Shown: positions 1-9,080 of the stretch, piece after piece | Layout: every line of letters starts with the position of its first letter | How positions within the stretch are numbered: the first letter of the stretch is position 1 | DNA from: an uncultured Marinoscillum sp. | GTDB taxonomy: Bacteria; Bacteroidota; Bacteroidia; Cytophagales; MED-G16 | Reading direction: 5' to 3' | DNA: 64,000 nucleotides | Assembly: GCA_902634135.1 (NCBI GenBank) | Contig: CACPJB010000001.1 | Location: forward strand, 100,106-164,105 | The notes under the pieces: generated by a model | The model's database searches: none | Seen by the model: the letters and a program-made list of their open reading frames with translations, nothing else | Told to the model about the DNA's origin: nothing | Translations under genes and position numbers: made by a program

Positions 1-564
1 GTAAAAATTTCTCATCTTTCTCTTTTAATTTTATTTATATCATTAAGTGGAGGAATAGCATTATTAATGGGTCAGAGAGGGTATACAGCAATAAGTAGGG
101 TGGAAGACTTTATTAATAAAAAAAATCTACCTTATCAACTTGAGCAAGCCTACATAGCTGTTTCAACTGGTGGATTGTTTGGTAAAGGTCCTGGAAATAG
201 TAATCAGAAAAACTTTTTACCTCAATCATCTTCAGATTTTATTTATGCTATAATAATAGAAGAGTATGGTTTTATTGTTGGTGTTACAATCCTTATTCTT
301 TATTTAATTTTATTATATAGAGGATTAAAAATATTTATTAATTCAGATAGACCATTTGGCGGACTATTAAGTGCAGGTTTAAGTTTTGCACTTGTAATTC
401 AAGCTATAACTAATATGTGTGTAGTAGTTGGATTACTTCCAGTTACAGGAGTTACATTACCACTAGTTAGTATGGGAGGAACATCCCAATTATTTACTGG
501 GATTACAATTGGAATAATTTTAAGTATAAGTAGAGAAAATGAAAGAGAGGTTAGTTATGTATAA
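1..564 (+). CDS. ftsW: Cell division/peptidoglycan polymerase FtsW (SEDS family), 5'-truncated by window edge
   Basis: Frame 1 is open from nt 1 with no stop before 562-564. It carries the SEDS C-terminal motif LPQSSSDFIYAIIIEEYGF plus TM segments and lies directly upstream of murG. Confidence 0.8.
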   Translation, partial: VKISHLSLLILFISLSGGIALLMGQRGYTAISRVEDFINKKNLPYQLEQAYIAVSTGGLFGKGPGNSNQKNFLPQSSSDFIYAIIIEEYGFIVGVTILILYLILLYRGLKIFINSDRPFGGLLSAGLSFALVIQAITNMCVVVGLLPVTGVTLPLVSMGGTSQLFTGITIGIILSISRENEREVSYV

Positions 565-1681
565 ACCAAAAAAAATTATTTTATGTGGTGGAGGTACTGG
601 GGGCCATATCTTCCCAATGTTAGCTCTAGCTCAAGAATTTAAAAAAGTAAATTCTAATAATAAAATTTTATTTGTAGGGTCAAGTGATAGAATGGAAATG
701 GATATAGTTCCAAAGTATAATTTTCCAATTTATGGATTATGGATTTCTGGCATTAAAAGGTCTTCAATTTTATTGAACATATTATTTGTAGGGGTTCCAT
801 TTATTTTAAAAAACTTTTTAATTCCATTTAAATTAACATTTTCTATAATAAAATCACTTTATATTTTATTCAGACATAAACCTGATTTTGTAATAGGTTT
901 TGGAGGGTACTCATCTGGTCCCTTTTTATTAGTCTCCAACTTTTTAAATTTTAAGACTGCAATACAAGAACAAAATTCTTTTCCAGGTCTAACAAATAAA
1001 ATATTATCAAATAGGGTAAAATATATTTTTACTGCGTATGAAAACTTAAGTGATACATTTAAGAATAATACTGTTTTTAACTTTGGAAATCCAATCAGAA
1101 ATTTAAATTTAAATTCTAATAAAAATTCTCATGAATATTTTGGATTAGATAAAACAAAAAAAACAATTTTGATTTTAGGAGGGAGTTTAGGCGCAAAAAG
1201 TATAAATGAGGGTGTTTTAAATAATATTTCATTAATTAGAGAATCATCATATCAAGTGATTTGGCAAACAGGTAAGTTTTATTATAATAATATTTTATCA
1301 AAGAATATAAATGATAAGCATATTATTGTTAAAGATTTTATTGAAAGAATGGATCTAGCTTATAATGTGTCAGATATTATAATTTCAAGAGCTGGAGCAA
1401 TTGCAATTTCTGAATTATGTATAGTATCAAAACCTTTAATTTTGGTTCCTTCACCTAATGTAGTTGATGATCATCAAACAAAAAATGCAAATGCAATATC
1501 AGAAAAAGGAGGATGTATATTAATTAAAGATTCACAAGCAAAAGATATTATGATAAAAACAGCATTTGAATTATTTGAAAATCAAAATAAAATGGAAAAT
1601 ATGAAGAATTCCTTATCAGAATTAGCTTCACCTAATGCCAGAAAAAATATTGTTAAAAAAATTTATGAAATTATATCATGA
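557..1681 (+). CDS. murG: UDP-GlcNAc:undecaprenyl-PP-MurNAc-pentapeptide GlcNAc transferase MurG
   Basis: GT28 N-terminal motif CGGGTGGHIFP. The ORF track starts at 539, but the ATG at 557 (MYKPKKIILCGGGTGGH) gives the canonical N-terminus and an 8-nt overlap with the ftsW stop. Confidence 0.9.
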   Translation: MYKPKKIILCGGGTGGHIFPMLALAQEFKKVNSNNKILFVGSSDRMEMDIVPKYNFPIYGLWISGIKRSSILLNILFVGVPFILKNFLIPFKLTFSIIKSLYILFRHKPDFVIGFGGYSSGPFLLVSNFLNFKTAIQEQNSFPGLTNKILSNRVKYIFTAYENLSDTFKNNTVFNFGNPIRNLNLNSNKNSHEYFGLDKTKKTILILGGSLGAKSINEGVLNNISLIRESSYQVIWQTGKFYYNNILSKNINDKHIIVKDFIERMDLAYNVSDIIISRAGAIAISELCIVSKPLILVPSPNVVDDHQTKNANAISEKGGCILIKDSQAKDIMIKTAFELFENQNKMENMKNSLSELASPNARKNIVKKIYEIIS

Positions 1682-2406
1682 AAAAAATTAAAAACACTTT
1701 AATTATCTCCCTTCTTTTAGTTTTTTCATATTCATTAATTGTATTTTTTAAAAAAAATGAATTTTCTGAATTTAATAATTTGATAATAGATATAGATAGT
1801 TCTTTCATAGATAAGAATTTTGTTTCTGATTTCTTATCAAAGGAGATTTTATCTGATTCCCAAAATATAAATTTTAATGATCTGGAGAAAAAGTTTTCTT
1901 TAATGTCGCATATTAAAGATATAACAATCCACAAAGATTTAGTTGGAAATTTAAATATTGGAATTGAGCAATATGATCCAATTGCAAGGATTGTTTCAGG
2001 TAAACTTTCAGATAATTATATAAATGATAAAGGACATATTTTCCCTATTTCTTCTAGATACTCGAAAAGAGTTTTACTTATTCATATGAATGATGAAATT
2101 TTATTTGATAATAAATTGATTACTTCTAAATATGGAAATAATTTATTAAAAATGATTAATCTTATTAATGAAGATCAATTTTTTTCTAAAATTATTTCAG
2201 AATTAGAGATAGATTCTCATAAAAATATTATTATTCATCCTCAATTTTCAAAACAAAAAATTATTTTTGGGTATCCTGATAATTTTGAAGATAAATTTGA
2301 AAGAATTATTCTTTTTTATAAAAAAATTGTTCCAGCGAAAGGTTGGAATACTTATAGAACAGTTAATGTAAAATTTAAAAATCAAATTATTTGTGATAAA
2401 AGTTAG
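1678..2406 (+). CDS. ftsQ: Cell division protein FtsQ-like (single N-terminal TM plus POTRA-like region)
   Basis: 242 aa with N-terminal TM LIISLLLVFSYSLIVFF. It sits between murG and ftsA and has an ATGA overlap with the murG stop. The call rests mainly on size, topology and synteny. Confidence 0.6.
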   Translation: MKKIKNTLIISLLLVFSYSLIVFFKKNEFSEFNNLIIDIDSSFIDKNFVSDFLSKEILSDSQNINFNDLEKKFSLMSHIKDITIHKDLVGNLNIGIEQYDPIARIVSGKLSDNYINDKGHIFPISSRYSKRVLLIHMNDEILFDNKLITSKYGNNLLKMINLINEDQFFSKIISELEIDSHKNIIIHPQFSKQKIIFGYPDNFEDKFERIILFYKKIVPAKGWNTYRTVNVKFKNQIICDKS

Positions 2407-2409
2407 TTA

Positions 2410-3720
2410 ATGGAAAAACAAAAAAAATATTATACTGCATTAGATATTGGGACATCAAAAATATGTGCCATAATTGCAGAAAAAACTGGAAATAATAAAT
2501 TAAAAATTATTGGTTTTTCTGAGACAGACTCTGAAGGAGTTTCTGAAGGGATGATACAAAATTTAATTAAAGCAACATCAAAGATCAAAGAGGTAGTAAA
2601 AAACGCTAGTGAAATGGCCCAAGTGCCTATTAAATATGTAAATGTAGGTATTGCAGGCAAACACATAAGAAGTTTTAGTACTCATCATTCAATTGGTCTT
2701 CAAAATAAAGAAAACGAACCTATAGAAATAAATAATTCTCATATTAAAAGATTAAAAGAAAGATCCAAGATGGCTGTTATTCCTACAAATCATAAAATTA
2801 TTCATAGCATGCATCAAAAATTTACTATTGATGAAGATCATGAATCAGTTGATCCAGTTGGTGAATATGGAAAAAAATTAGAGGCTGATTTTCACATTAT
2901 TAGTGCTAATAAAGTTGATATTAAAATAATGGAAGAATCAATAAGAAGATCGTATATTAAGTGTAAAAATTTAATTTTAGAGCCAATTGCCTCAAGCCTT
3001 GCACTTTTAGATGAAAATGATAAGGAAGATGGAATATGTTTAGTTGATATAGGAGGAGGTACAACAGATATATCAATATTTCATGAGAATATAATTAGAC
3101 ATACTGCAGTAATACCATTAGGTGGAGATATAGTTACTCAGGATATAAAAGAAGGACTTGGTCTTCCACGGCATCATGCTGAAGCTTTAAAAATTAAATT
3201 TGGGAAAGCATTATATGTAAAAAGACCACTTAAGGAATATGTTAAGATCAAAGGTGAGGGACAAAGAGAAGATAAAAAAATATTATTAGATAATTTATAT
3301 AAAATCATTGAAGCACGTATGGAAGAAATTTTTGAGAAAGTCCATCAAGAGATTTTAAATAGTGGTATGAGTGAAAAACTATCTGCTGGGATTGTAATTA
3401 CAGGCGGGGGATCTCAACTTTTAAATTTAAAACAACAAGTAAAATATATAACTGGATTGGATGTAAGGAAAGGATATCCTTCATCTTATCTAACTAAATC
3501 AGATATTGTAAACCTTGAATTCCCTAAATATTCAACTTCTGTAGGGCTTTTATTATGGGATTATGTAAATTCTTTTGGAATTTCAGATGAGATTGATAAA
3601 ATGTCATCTTCAACATCCTCACTTCCAAAAGTTAATAATTTTGGTAAATTAGTTACAGAAAGAATCAAAGGGTTTTTAAAAGATGATGATTTAACTGAAT
3701 TTAAAGATGAAAACAAATAA
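2410..3720 (+). CDS. ftsA: Cell division protein FtsA (actin-like ATPase)
   Basis: Phosphate-binding motifs ALDIGTSKICAII and VDIGGGTTDISIF; immediately upstream of ftsZ. Confidence 0.9.
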   Translation: MEKQKKYYTALDIGTSKICAIIAEKTGNNKLKIIGFSETDSEGVSEGMIQNLIKATSKIKEVVKNASEMAQVPIKYVNVGIAGKHIRSFSTHHSIGLQNKENEPIEINNSHIKRLKERSKMAVIPTNHKIIHSMHQKFTIDEDHESVDPVGEYGKKLEADFHIISANKVDIKIMEESIRRSYIKCKNLILEPIASSLALLDENDKEDGICLVDIGGGTTDISIFHENIIRHTAVIPLGGDIVTQDIKEGLGLPRHHAEALKIKFGKALYVKRPLKEYVKIKGEGQREDKKILLDNLYKIIEARMEEIFEKVHQEILNSGMSEKLSAGIVITGGGSQLLNLKQQVKYITGLDVRKGYPSSYLTKSDIVNLEFPKYSTSVGLLLWDYVNSFGISDEIDKMSSSTSSLPKVNNFGKLVTERIKGFLKDDDLTEFKDENK

Positions 3721-3722
3721 TT

Positions 3723-5147
3723 ATGGCATTTGAATTTGATATGCCTTCTCACCATAAATCAATAATTAAAGTTATTGGTGTTGGAGGTGGTGGAAGTAAT
3801 GCAGTAAACTATATGAACTCAATTGGCATCAGAAATGTTGAATTTATTATATGTAACACAGATATTCAAGCATTACATTCTTCAAATGTTAAAAATCAAC
3901 TTCAAATAGGGATGGAGCTGACAAAGGGTCTTGGAGCAGGAGCAAATCCTGAAAAAGGTAAAGAGGCCGCACATGAGAGTAGTCATGAAATAAGAGAAAT
4001 GCTTAGAAATGATGGGACAAAAATGTTATTTATAACTGCTGGAATGGGAGGTGGAACAGGCACAGGAGCAGCTCCAATTATTGCACAAATAGCTAAAGAA
4101 TTAGATATTTTAACTGTTGGAATTGTTACTCTTCCTTTTGATTTTGAGGGTAAATCTAAAATGGAAAAGGCCTTAATTGGGGTTGATGAGTTAAAAAAAG
4201 GTTGTGACAGTGTAATTACGATATTAAATCAAAGACTGATTGAAATTTATGGTGATCTAAGCCAATCTAAAGCATTTCAAAAAGCAGATGATATTATAGC
4301 TACAAGTGCAAAATGTATTGCAGAAATTGTAACTGTACCTGGACAAATAAATGTTGATTTTGAGGATGTAAAAACAGTTATGAAAAATGCTGGCACTTCA
4401 GTTTTAGGCTCTGCAGAGTCATCTGGAGAAGATAGAGCTAAAAATGCAATTGAAAATGCAATTAATTCACCTTTATTAAATGATCAAAGTATATTAGGAG
4501 CAAAAAAAATACTTCTCAATATAGTTTCTGGTGGTGCTGATAATGAATTAACTACTATTGAACTAAATACTATTACAAAATTAGTAAATGAATCATCTTC
4601 AGCTAATGTTGAAATAATTTTCGGAACAGCTATTGATGGGGAATTAGATGATATGGTAAGAGTTACAATTATTGCAACAGGTTTTGATTTAAATAATAAT
4701 TCATTTGAAAATAATAATCTTATTAATGAAATTAAACATAACCAAACAAATTTATTTGAAGAAAATAATGTTGAGTTTATGAAGAGAGTTGATGAACCAA
4801 TAGAAGAGGTTATTCATAATATTGATGATGATTATAAAGAGTATGAAGATAATTTTGATTCAATTAGTGGTGAAAATATTGATATCAATGATAAAAGTGA
4901 TGAAGTTATTATTGAAGAACTTGATTCTTCAGAGCCATTTGACTATGAGAATTCTTCGAATAAAAAGAATGAATATTTAAAAAAAAGAAATAAGAGAATT
5001 AATCATTTTAATGATAAAAATTTTTCAGAAGAAACATATGAACAAAAATTAGCTATTCCAGCTTACAAAAGAAAAAATATAAATTTAGATAATGAAGCTT
5101 CTGATAATGATCAAACTAAAACTCTAGATTTTACTGAGGAAGATTAA
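3723..5147 (+). CDS. ftsZ: Cell division GTPase FtsZ
   Basis: Motifs GVGGGGSNAVN and the tubulin signature GMGGGTGTGAAP. A long acidic/Asn-rich linker is followed by a C-terminal conserved peptide, LAIPAYKRKN. Confidence 0.95.
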   Translation: MAFEFDMPSHHKSIIKVIGVGGGGSNAVNYMNSIGIRNVEFIICNTDIQALHSSNVKNQLQIGMELTKGLGAGANPEKGKEAAHESSHEIREMLRNDGTKMLFITAGMGGGTGTGAAPIIAQIAKELDILTVGIVTLPFDFEGKSKMEKALIGVDELKKGCDSVITILNQRLIEIYGDLSQSKAFQKADDIIATSAKCIAEIVTVPGQINVDFEDVKTVMKNAGTSVLGSAESSGEDRAKNAIENAINSPLLNDQSILGAKKILLNIVSGGADNELTTIELNTITKLVNESSSANVEIIFGTAIDGELDDMVRVTIIATGFDLNNNSFENNNLINEIKHNQTNLFEENNVEFMKRVDEPIEEVIHNIDDDYKEYEDNFDSISGENIDINDKSDEVIIEELDSSEPFDYENSSNKKNEYLKKRNKRINHFNDKNFSEETYEQKLAIPAYKRKNINLDNEASDNDQTKTLDFTEED

Positions 5148-5187
5148 TTATTATTTATAAATTTACTTTCACTAAATTTTTATTTTA

Positions 5188-6318
5188 ATGAATTTTATTG
5201 TTTCATCATCATATTTATTAAAGAATTTAAATGCAATCAGTGGTGTTATAACCTCAAATCCTGTTGTGCCGATTCTTGAAAACGTTTTATTTGAGATTGA
5301 AAGTGGTAATTTATTAATAACTGCCTCAGATCTCCAAACATCAGTTATAGTTGAGTTACAGGTTGAATCAAAAGAAGATGGAAGTATTGCTATTCCTGCA
5401 AAAATATTAATAGAGACATTAAAGAACTTACCTGAACAGCCGGTTACTTTCTCAATTGATGATCAAAATTATAATATTGAAATTAATTCAGATAATGGAA
5501 AATATAAACTTGCTGGTGAAAATTCAGCTGATTTTCCAAAAGTTCCTGGGTTAACTGATGGATTTTCTGCTAATATTAATTCTGATATTCTTAATTCAGC
5601 TATCTCTAATACAATATTTTCAACAAGTACAGATGAATTAAGACCAGCAATGACTGGGGTATTTTTTAAACTATCACAAAATTCTGGTACATATGTCTCT
5701 ACTGATGGTCATAGACTCGTTAAATATATTAGAACAGATATAAATGGTGATGAAGTTGATCATGATATGATTCTTCCGAGAAAATCTTTAAATCTTCTTA
5801 AATCAATTATTCCAACTGATAAAAAATCAGATATTAAATTAGAATTTAATGCCTCTAATGCCTTTTTCACTTTTGAAAATGTAAAAATGGTTTGTAGATT
5901 AATTGATGAGAGATATCCAGATTATGATAATGTAATACCTTCTGATAATTCAAATATTGTAACTCTTGATAAATCAGAAATTTTGGGTTCTTTAAAAAGA
6001 ATATCTATTTATGCTAATAAAACAACTAATCAAGTTAGATTTAAAATTTCAGGTTCTGAAATTTTAATATCTGCTGAAGATTTAGATTTTTCTAATGAAG
6101 CAAATGAAAGAATATCATGTGATCATGATGGTGATGATATTGAAATAGGATTTAATGCTAAATTCTTAATTGAAATGTTATCTAATATTGAATCTGAAAA
6201 AGTTATATTGAAGCTATCTGAACCTAATAGAGCAGGGCTATTAATTCCTGAAAATATGAGTGATAAAGAAGATATCACAATGTTGGTTATGCCAGTAATG
6301 CTTAATGATAATGCTTAA
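5188..6318 (+). CDS. dnaN: DNA polymerase III beta sliding clamp
   Basis: 376 aa, the length of a three-domain clamp. N-terminus MNFIVSSSYLLKNLNAISGVI...PILENVLFEI is typical of DnaN. Confidence 0.9.
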   Translation: MNFIVSSSYLLKNLNAISGVITSNPVVPILENVLFEIESGNLLITASDLQTSVIVELQVESKEDGSIAIPAKILIETLKNLPEQPVTFSIDDQNYNIEINSDNGKYKLAGENSADFPKVPGLTDGFSANINSDILNSAISNTIFSTSTDELRPAMTGVFFKLSQNSGTYVSTDGHRLVKYIRTDINGDEVDHDMILPRKSLNLLKSIIPTDKKSDIKLEFNASNAFFTFENVKMVCRLIDERYPDYDNVIPSDNSNIVTLDKSEILGSLKRISIYANKTTNQVRFKISGSEILISAEDLDFSNEANERISCDHDGDDIEIGFNAKFLIEMLSNIESEKVILKLSEPNRAGLLIPENMSDKEDITMLVMPVMLNDNA

Positions 6319-7006
6319 TCTATTTATATTTATTTTTTTTAATATCAATTATATTTTTTCAAAAGAAATTGAAAACTCATCATGGATAAATGAATTAAAT
6401 GGAGTTTATGAAGTAAGAATATACTCTGATAAATATTATTCTATTGCTAAGTATAATATTATTAATAATGAATTTATTGGTACTTCAGGAGGGATATACT
6501 TTTATGATAATTATTATTATGAAGTGCAAGAATTTAATTCGATGGATTCATCTTTTGTTGGTGATACTATTTTTTATTCTAATGTAAAAATTAATATTAA
6601 AAATGATATTAGCATGATGGAAATAGATGGTAAAACTTTTATCAAAGGTCCTGATGAAGAAAAATTAAGTGGTTCTTGGCTAATGAGTGGAATTGAGAGG
6701 AGAGGTGAAATGAGAATGAGAGAAATTAACAGACCAAGAAAAACAATGAAACTATTGGCAGGTAACAGATTTCAATGGATTGCATACGATACATCCAAAA
6801 AAGGATTTTATGGATCGGGAGGTGGTACTTACACTGCTGAAAATGGTAAATATATTGAAAATATTGAATTTTTCTCAAGGGATTCTAATACGGTTGGTAA
6901 ATCTCTTGAATTTAATTTTGAAATAAAGGAAGGGGATTGGCATCATAAGGGTTTTAGTTCAAAGGGTGATCCAAAATATGAAATTTGGACAAAAAGAAAT
7001 CAATAA
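6305..7006 (+). CDS. Hypothetical secreted protein with two tandem homologous halves
   Basis: Hydrophobic N-terminus. Residues about 30-115 and 145-225 share the pattern F.G(T/S)(S/G)GG.Y...Y.E..EF.S.DS..VG. I recognise no family. Confidence 0.5.
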   Translation: MIMLNLFIFIFFNINYIFSKEIENSSWINELNGVYEVRIYSDKYYSIAKYNIINNEFIGTSGGIYFYDNYYYEVQEFNSMDSSFVGDTIFYSNVKINIKNDISMMEIDGKTFIKGPDEEKLSGSWLMSGIERRGEMRMREINRPRKTMKLLAGNRFQWIAYDTSKKGFYGSGGGTYTAENGKYIENIEFFSRDSNTVGKSLEFNFEIKEGDWHHKGFSSKGDPKYEIWTKRNQ

Positions 7007-7016
7007 AAACTTAATT

Positions 7017-7102
7017 GCGCATGTGGCGAAATTGGTAGACGCGCTAGGTTGAGGGCCTAGTGACTTTAATTAGTCGTGGAAGTTCGACTCTTCTCATGCG
7101 CA
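7017..7102 (+). tRNA. tRNA-Leu (anticodon GAG), type II with long variable arm
   Basis: Folded by hand: acceptor GCGCATG/CATGCGC, anticodon stem CTAGG/CCTAG with loop TTGAGGG, T-arm GGAAG-TTCGACT-CTTCT, discriminator A. No encoded CCA. Confidence 0.9.
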
Positions 7103-7105
7103 CAA

Positions 7106-7405
7106 TCATCCAAAAATTGAGGAAAGTTTCATTGCAACTGTCATATCCCCTTCTATTTTCATTTTTCCACTAATGAACAATTGCATTGAATCAGTTTCTT
7201 TATTCAAAAGTTTTACAAAGTCTGAATTATCAATAATTATAGTACAGTGTGCCTCATTATCTTCATTATTAATTATTGTTGTATTTATTGTATCATCTAT
7301 GAAAATGCATCCATCATTAAATTTAAATTTAATTTTTGATTCAATTTTACCCGAACTACTTTTTGAAAGTTCTTTAACTCTATTTGTTATATCATTTAGA
7401 TTCAT
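7106..7405 (-). CDS. SCP2 (sterol carrier protein 2-like) domain protein
   Basis: 99 aa with an SCP-2-like pattern: ...AHCTIIIDNSDFVKLLNKETDSMQLFISGKMKIEGDMTVAMKL. Confidence 0.65.
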   Translation of the reverse strand: MNLNDITNRVKELSKSSSGKIESKIKFKFNDGCIFIDDTINTTIINNEDNEAHCTIIIDNSDFVKLLNKETDSMQLFISGKMKIEGDMTVAMKLSSIFG

Positions 7406-8465
7406 AGTAATTTTTATTTAATATTTCAATTTCGTACATACTTGGCCACCATTTGCCTGTAACTAAAATTGAATTGTTTTTATTATTATACGCAATTCCA
7501 TTCATAACATCTATTTTATCATTATAATTATTTCTATTAAATAAATTTTCAAGATTTAATTTTCCTTCAACTTTTCCAGAATTAATATTTACAATTAATA
7601 TAATATCTTCCCCATAAACATTACAAAATAATTTATTGTTAATAATTTCTAGCTCATTTATATTTTCTACTTTGCCATTATTATCATAGACTTCTAATGT
7701 TTTAATTATCTCAAAATCTTGTGGATTTCTAAAATAAATTTTTTCTGAACCATCACTCATTAATAATTGATTTTGATAAGTTGATAAACCCCAACCCTCA
7801 GTTTGATATTTAAATTCACCAATTTTTTTGAAAGAATTTATATCATAAATAAATCCTTTATTACTTTTCCATGTAAGCATAAATAGTTTATTATTATATA
7901 TTGTAATTCCTTCTGCAAAGTAATTATCTTCAATCATTATTTTATTTAAAGTTGAATTATCGGATATACTACTTTTTCTTAGAAATGATTTTCCATATTG
8001 TCCAGAGCTTTCAAATAAATTATTTTCATGAATTAGTAATCCCTGAGTGTAATTTTCTTTATTGTGAGGTAAAATCTTTAAAACTTTATAATTTATATCA
8101 CTAGGTTTACTACTTGGATATATATAAAATGTTTTGGAAATTGATTCTACTTTTTTATCTAGTAATTCATTTTTTATAATTATTCTTTGTTTTCCATATT
8201 GCATGAATCTATTAGTCGATAGTTTTATTTTATCCTGAAAAATCAAAGTGTCTGATCTAAGGATTAATGTAGATTTCAGAATTTTTTCAGAATAAGATTT
8301 AACTTCTATATTAATTGAATCATTCTCTCTAAAAATTGAATTACTTGATGGGGATATAATTTTAGTAAATGATTTAATTCTTGGCGATTTATTTTTTTTT
8401 TCAATATTATTATCACATGATAATAATATTAATAAACTAAAAAATAAAATTTTATTTGATTTCAT
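7392..8465 (-). CDS. Glutaminyl-peptide cyclotransferase (beta-propeller, plant/bacterial type), predicted lipoprotein
   Basis: The C-terminal ~235 aa carry YTQGL...ESSGQYGKS...AEGIT...LTWKSNKGFIYD...EGWGLS...SDGSEKIYF...NELE...NGIA...TGKWWP. The N-terminus has lipobox LLILLSC followed by an extra ~110-aa region. Confidence 0.8.
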   Translation of the reverse strand: MKSNKILFFSLLILLSCDNNIEKKNKSPRIKSFTKIISPSSNSIFRENDSINIEVKSYSEKILKSTLILRSDTLIFQDKIKLSTNRFMQYGKQRIIIKNELLDKKVESISKTFYIYPSSKPSDINYKVLKILPHNKENYTQGLLIHENNLFESSGQYGKSFLRKSSISDNSTLNKIMIEDNYFAEGITIYNNKLFMLTWKSNKGFIYDINSFKKIGEFKYQTEGWGLSTYQNQLLMSDGSEKIYFRNPQDFEIIKTLEVYDNNGKVENINELEIINNKLFCNVYGEDIILIVNINSGKVEGKLNLENLFNRNNYNDKIDVMNGIAYNNKNNSILVTGKWWPSMYEIEILNKNYYESK

Positions 8466-9042
8466 TGACTAATTTTACGCCTTTTTCAGTGAGATTAAAT
8501 CCAATTCCAATTTCTTTATTATCATAATCTATCAAAGATATTTTTCTAATTAATTTTTTTCTAATTAAAGTTGAAAATGATCTGCTTAATGATGCTTTAG
8601 ATCTTTTAAGATCTTTACATTCTCCTCTTATAATACCTCTTTTATGATTACCATCTTTACGAATATATTTTCTTTTTTTTATTTCAAAATTTTTTCTTGA
8701 CTCACTTAAGTTTCCAAAAATTGATAGGTTTTGGTTTATAAAATCCTCTTTAGGTTTAATCCCAAAAAAGCCAATAATAGGTTCATAGAAATAAATATGA
8801 GCATGGGAGTTTGAATCATATTCAATAAATCCATATTTAATTTCAAAATCATTATAAGTTTTTGAGGAAGAATTTTTTTTTATTGATAAAAGCTCATCTA
8901 TAGATGAGTTAATTAAATCAATTTCGATTTCTTTTTTTTGTATGAATTTTTCTATACCATCAGAACCTAATTCTAAATTCTCATTTTCTAAGTTTTGAAA
9001 TGACTTACTTAAAATAAATTTTTGAAGTTTGGATAAGTACAA
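8452..9042 (-). CDS. Hypothetical protein, possible C-terminal winged-helix DNA-binding region
   Basis: 196 aa with no signal peptide. The basic C-terminal segment SKASLSRSFSTLIRKKLIRKISL...GFNLTEKGVKLV resembles a wHTH recognition helix plus wing. It overlaps the cyclotransferase start by 14 nt. Confidence 0.45.
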   Translation of the reverse strand: MYLSKLQKFILSKSFQNLENENLELGSDGIEKFIQKKEIEIDLINSSIDELLSIKKNSSSKTYNDFEIKYGFIEYDSNSHAHIYFYEPIIGFFGIKPKEDFINQNLSIFGNLSESRKNFEIKKRKYIRKDGNHKRGIIRGECKDLKRSKASLSRSFSTLIRKKLIRKISLIDYDNKEIGIGFNLTEKGVKLVNEIK

Positions 9043-9080
9043 TTTTATACTGTTATCGTATAAAAATATTTTTTTTACTA

